This document shows, one piece after another, positions 7,825 to 11,761 of a stretch of DNA of 11,761 bases; the stretch's first letter is position 1; the number at the start of each line of letters is the position of its first letter. This DNA comes from Trichoplax adhaerens (Eukaryota; Animalia; Placozoa). The stretch is from assembly GCF_000150275.1 (NCBI RefSeq), contig NW_002060961.1:997777-1009537 (forward strand). Direction: 5' to 3'. The notes below the pieces were generated by a model, which was not told where the DNA came from, ran no database searches, and saw only the letters and a list, made by a program, of their open reading frames with translations. The translations under genes were made by a program, and so were the position numbers.

Positions 7825-10800
7825 TCAGGACTGTCTAACTAAGCTATCCGTAATTGGTGGTTGATTATTTTCACGTGCAGGATCTTGTAAACGGTGAATT
7901 CTGATGTTTTCCTTAAACCTTAATTTGCTAAAGATCGGTATGTAAAGGTAGAAGTTAGGTTAGAATTTTCTTTTACGTAATTAGCTTACCTGCGTAAACC
8001 ATACCAATGAGTATCTGGCACAACGCTGATATAATTCCCTCACCTCATGTTCTGTGGAGATAGAAATATAAACTGGCGAAGTTTTCTTGTCGTGGCTAAT
8101 TGTAGCAAAGTATGCATGCACAAATCTCGATTGACCATGTCCTGTATAAATAGGGTAACGACTTTAAATTACGGCCATAAACTTCATAATGAAAGTTTTT
8201 ATAAAAATATAGTTTTAATTACTTAGGAGAGTTAATCTACAAGTCAACAACAACATACCATAGAAACGTCAAATTCATCGAAACATTGTAAAGGTGAATC
8301 CGTTACTTCCCAAAGCGCGACGATAAAAGCAATAGTTGAAAATGATCGTTCACCACATGACAATGAACCGGTGCCAGAGGTTTTTGCATTGGCAGATATC
8401 TTAACCTAAAAGTTTACGTGTTAATGAATCACAATCCAAAATGGCTATTCCTGAACTACACTACTATAATTATAACATACATCTAAAGATATCTTTTTTT
8501 CGTTATGATCAATCAGCATAGTACCAAGATATCCTCTTTTTGCCAACGCTATACGAAATGTAGTGATAATTTGTTCAGTTAAAATTTTTAGCATTCCTGT
8601 AAATAGCTTGTGTCGCTTCTTTAATTGATTGTTCAGTTGCTATCCGAAAGAAATCATCGATACAGAAACAGGTACATATTAAGAAACTAAATCTTTATCC
8701 ATCAATAAGTAACATAGCTTGACAACAGTATAAAATCTTGGTAACTATTGATCTTTACTTACTATCCGAAAAAAATCATCAACATAGAAATATGTATATA
8801 ATAAGAAACTAAAACTAACATCAATCAGTAAGAAGTACAGCTTGACAACATTATAAAATCTTATAAATTAAATGCAAGAATATTGCTGTATCAGCTACTC
8901 CGTTCGATAGACAATAACTTTTAGTACGGTAATGCTTGTAGTAATAGCATTTGCGTCATGACCAATTTCAATCGCACACAGAGCTACTAGCTTTGATGAG
9001 GTGAACCTATACCATTTCTCGTAGCTCCAAAAGCGATAGTGCAATCAACATAGACAAATTATCCTTATCTTTGGTGTAAAAGTGAATTACCTTAGATGTA
9101 CTATCAAGTATAGTATGGTGACCGCATTGTTCATCATACATTTTCTTTGCAGTAACGTAAGCGGCCAGAATTTCTTCACGAGTACCAGTTTCTTTTTCTT
9201 GGTCAATTAAACGTTTTTCCTTTGCCTTAATTTGTTTATTCAATGTTGAAATATCTAAACTGGAGTTACATCGCGTTGGAGATAACTTGAAAGCGGTTTC
9301 CTTGGACGCCTATATGTGGTAATGAAAGTACATTAGCCCAATTGAATGGATTGAATCACTGAAGTGATATATATTTTATAGACATATCTTACCTCTACGG
9401 TGTTTTCTTGATAAGAAATAGTTTGTAATTTTTCATTTTTCTTACGATACAATTGATCAATTTTTGATTGCAATTCATTCCATTGACTATCATAACTCCT
9501 GTATTCTACTTCAATTTCTTTACGTTTTTCCTAATTAGAAATGATTAATAATCGTTGCATAAGGGCTGTACACTGTACAGTATAGAAATAGAGTTAACCC
9601 CCAAAATTGCATACTTTAAGCAGTTTCATATCTTCCACGATCTTTTGTATCCCATTTTCGAGGCCATTTATCTGATCTTCCAATGTTGTAGCTTTTGTGG
9701 CTACGTTGCGGCATGATACCACGAGTTTTTCTAACTAATAATCGAAATTGCTATATCAAATTAGTGGTAACATGACATTGTAGAAATAGTAAACTAGAGT
9801 TGAGACAGTAACAAGAAATTTATAATAAATTTGAACCTCTTCTTTATCTTTCTCAATTTCTTCCTCTCTGTCATGTAATTCAGTTTCCTATATATTAAGA
9901 TTAGAAATTGTAGGACTGATAAAAGAGTTTGTAATTTCCTTGTACTTTACTAAATTGTTGTTGGACTTAGATGTTGTCTTACCAATGCTGTCAAATCAGA
10001 GGCTTTGACGTCAAACGATTGCAACTCTTGGATTTCCTGTAAGAAATAATATTAAGTCAGCCTTTATTAATTGCTACCATTACCTGTCATAAATTATGAG
10101 TCATATTTATTTACATTCTTTAGTGAATTCATTCGGTCTTGATGATAGCTAATTGATTGGCGTATTGAATTATAGTCCGTCTGTGTTATCATCCCAATAT
10201 CGATTAGTAAATGTAACTAAACTTCAAAATATTATTCTTGTATATATATACTGTGATAAATACAAGTATAATTTAAGACCTTAATTTTATCTAAATTCCT
10301 CTGAATTGATGTCATATGAGTATTAGCGTTGCGAATGTCATTGTTGCAATTTTCAAAAAGCGATTTTCTACGTCTATTAAATAAAGAACGTTTATTAATT
10401 TCACGCCGACTGACATCATAAACATCAACAACATCCTCTATTTTCATAGTGTGATAACATCTATCTACACTTTTACAATGATAAAAATTTGTAATCATCG
10501 ACTGATCTATCCGTACCTTATTTCTTCTGTTACATTTCGTACAAAATAATGAACTCCACGCCGAAAATTGGAATAATATCTGAAGTTAGCGCCGCCATAA
10601 AGATGGTCACCATTGATTATATAGGCCTGCGTATTAAGACAACGTACATCCTAAGCACGTAGAAACAATCACTTTGAAATTTTAAATAGTTTCACTACAG
10701 TTTACAATACCTCTCTGACATTTCCAGGAACATTTCTACCTGTCAAAAAATTTATAGCTTCTTCTCGATGTTCGATAAGTAAAATGTTTTCGATTCCTTT

Positions 10801-11761
10801 CTATAACGTAGAAAAGTGATAATGTATTCAATCGAACTTACACTAAATTCATTTAATTTACAAATTCGAACAGCTTGCAGCATTACCTGATCAATAAAGC
10901 AATTTATAACATTGCTATTATTGATATCTAACGATTCTAAAAGAGTTGGGTACTGACACCGCTGGACATTAAGAAATACGTGTATCGTCAATAGTAGTTT
11001 CATGTTTGACAACTACTTTATTAGGCCATTAATATCGTTATCAGAAATATCAGTGTTTCTTACAAATTTGGGAATATCATGTGGCTTATCCTATTAACAT
11101 TAACAACGATAAACGAAATCAGTCACGATGATTTATCCATTAGCAATCGAGTAGTGCTAACTGTTAAATATATTTACACACTTACCAAAAATTTACTGAC
11201 AACAACAGTTGGCATTCTAGGGATTCTCATGAAGCGGCATATGTCTAATAGAATATCTTTATCGTGATGATCATGACAATGAAATGATCTTAGTAGATCA
11301 CCCAAGCAATTCTCAATTGCAACTGCCCATTTCTGATCTTTCAAGGTAACATTTTGTCCTAGCATAAAATATCGATCGACATGATAAATACTCTTCAAAC
11401 AGAGTCAAACCATAAACTACAGGTATATAATCACGCAAAGCTGATGGTGTAGTCTTATCAATTATAAACCTAATGGTCCAAGAGGGAACTTATGAAATCG
11501 TCGTCTCTGATGGGCCTCTTGTACACGCCTGACCAGCTCTGGCATGTAATGCCCATACACTTCTAGCCGATTTTGACTAGAAGCCTCTAATCGCTTAATC
11601 TCATCTTCTAAGTTGCGCTTTGTTTTCTCATTATAAAAAATATTCGATCTAGGCAGGTGAAAGATGATAAACGTTAAAATCGCTGTAAAAGTATGATTTA
11701 ACATAGATCAGAATGAACCTCAATTCTTGTAAGTCGGTTCTTCCTTCTTACGACTATATTC
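7825..11761 (-). CDS. SMC6: SMC6 copy A, 3' half (hinge, C-terminal coiled coil, C-terminal ABC-ATPase lobe); 5' part lies beyond the window end
   Basis: Hand-spliced exons, all GT-AG and phase-compatible: 11470-11648, 11186-11358, 11064-11090, 10887-10961, 10711-10800, 10517-10626, 10280-10373, 10115-10180, 9983-10036, 9837-9887, 9615-9734, 9393-9530, 9091-9309, 8481-8639, 8259-8405, 8044-8141, 7825-7927 (TGA). These give ~633 aa without stops; a partial exon lies at 11719-11761. Motifs: hinge [54 protein letters not shown]; head [68 protein letters not shown], DEFDVxMD and QFIxxxPQ are SMC6-type rather than SMC1-5. Confidence 0.95.
8640..8862. repeat. Two-copy diverged ~100-bp direct duplication (offset 122 bp) at the 3' end of a copy A intron
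   Basis: CTATCCGAAA..AAATCATC..AAGAAACTAAA..CATCAAT..AGCTTGACAACA..TATAAAATCTT occurs at 8640-8739 and 8762-8862. Confidence 0.85.

Noticed and set aside
9007-11704. ORFs 9007-9243, 10232-10498, 10752-11012, 11174-11398, 11462-11704 and 11079-11267 as separate genes
   Set aside because: The minus-strand ones are SMC6 exons read into flanking introns; the plus-strand one is an antisense shadow.
1-11761. Prokaryotic SMC-like defence system (Wadjet, Lamassu) or a transposon
   Set aside because: Spliceosomal introns throughout, SMC6-specific motifs, and no partner genes, transposase or reverse transcriptase.

Overview
AT-rich, intron-dense eukaryotic (metazoan-like) genomic DNA; none of the supplied ORFs is a complete gene. 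Manual splicing shows two head-to-tail SMC6 (Smc5/6 complex) gene segments on the minus strand. Copy A (window end to stop at 7825; 17 complete exons plus 1 partial) encodes the hinge, C-terminal coiled coil and C-terminal ATPase lobe. Its ABC signature is non-canonical (LSCGE) and its Walker B/D-loop reads FDEFDVSMD. Copy B (ATG 6255, running off position 1; 10 exons) encodes an NLS-like N-terminus, Walker A, Q-loop and N-terminal coiled coil. It has two 1-nt frameshifts at short base runs (sequencing error or pseudogenisation) and a probable GC-AG intron. Copy B's two long introns each hold a tandem array: a homogeneous 81-bp minisatellite, and a decayed ~150-bp array whose units look like antisense exon+intron modules. 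The 1.57-kb spacer holds a polyA signal, promoter-like motifs and several hairpins. Gene compactness and AT content would fit an early-branching animal such as a placozoan, but that is inference only. The best lead is a possible tandem, diverged SMC6 paralog array; I see no support for a wholly new system beyond that.
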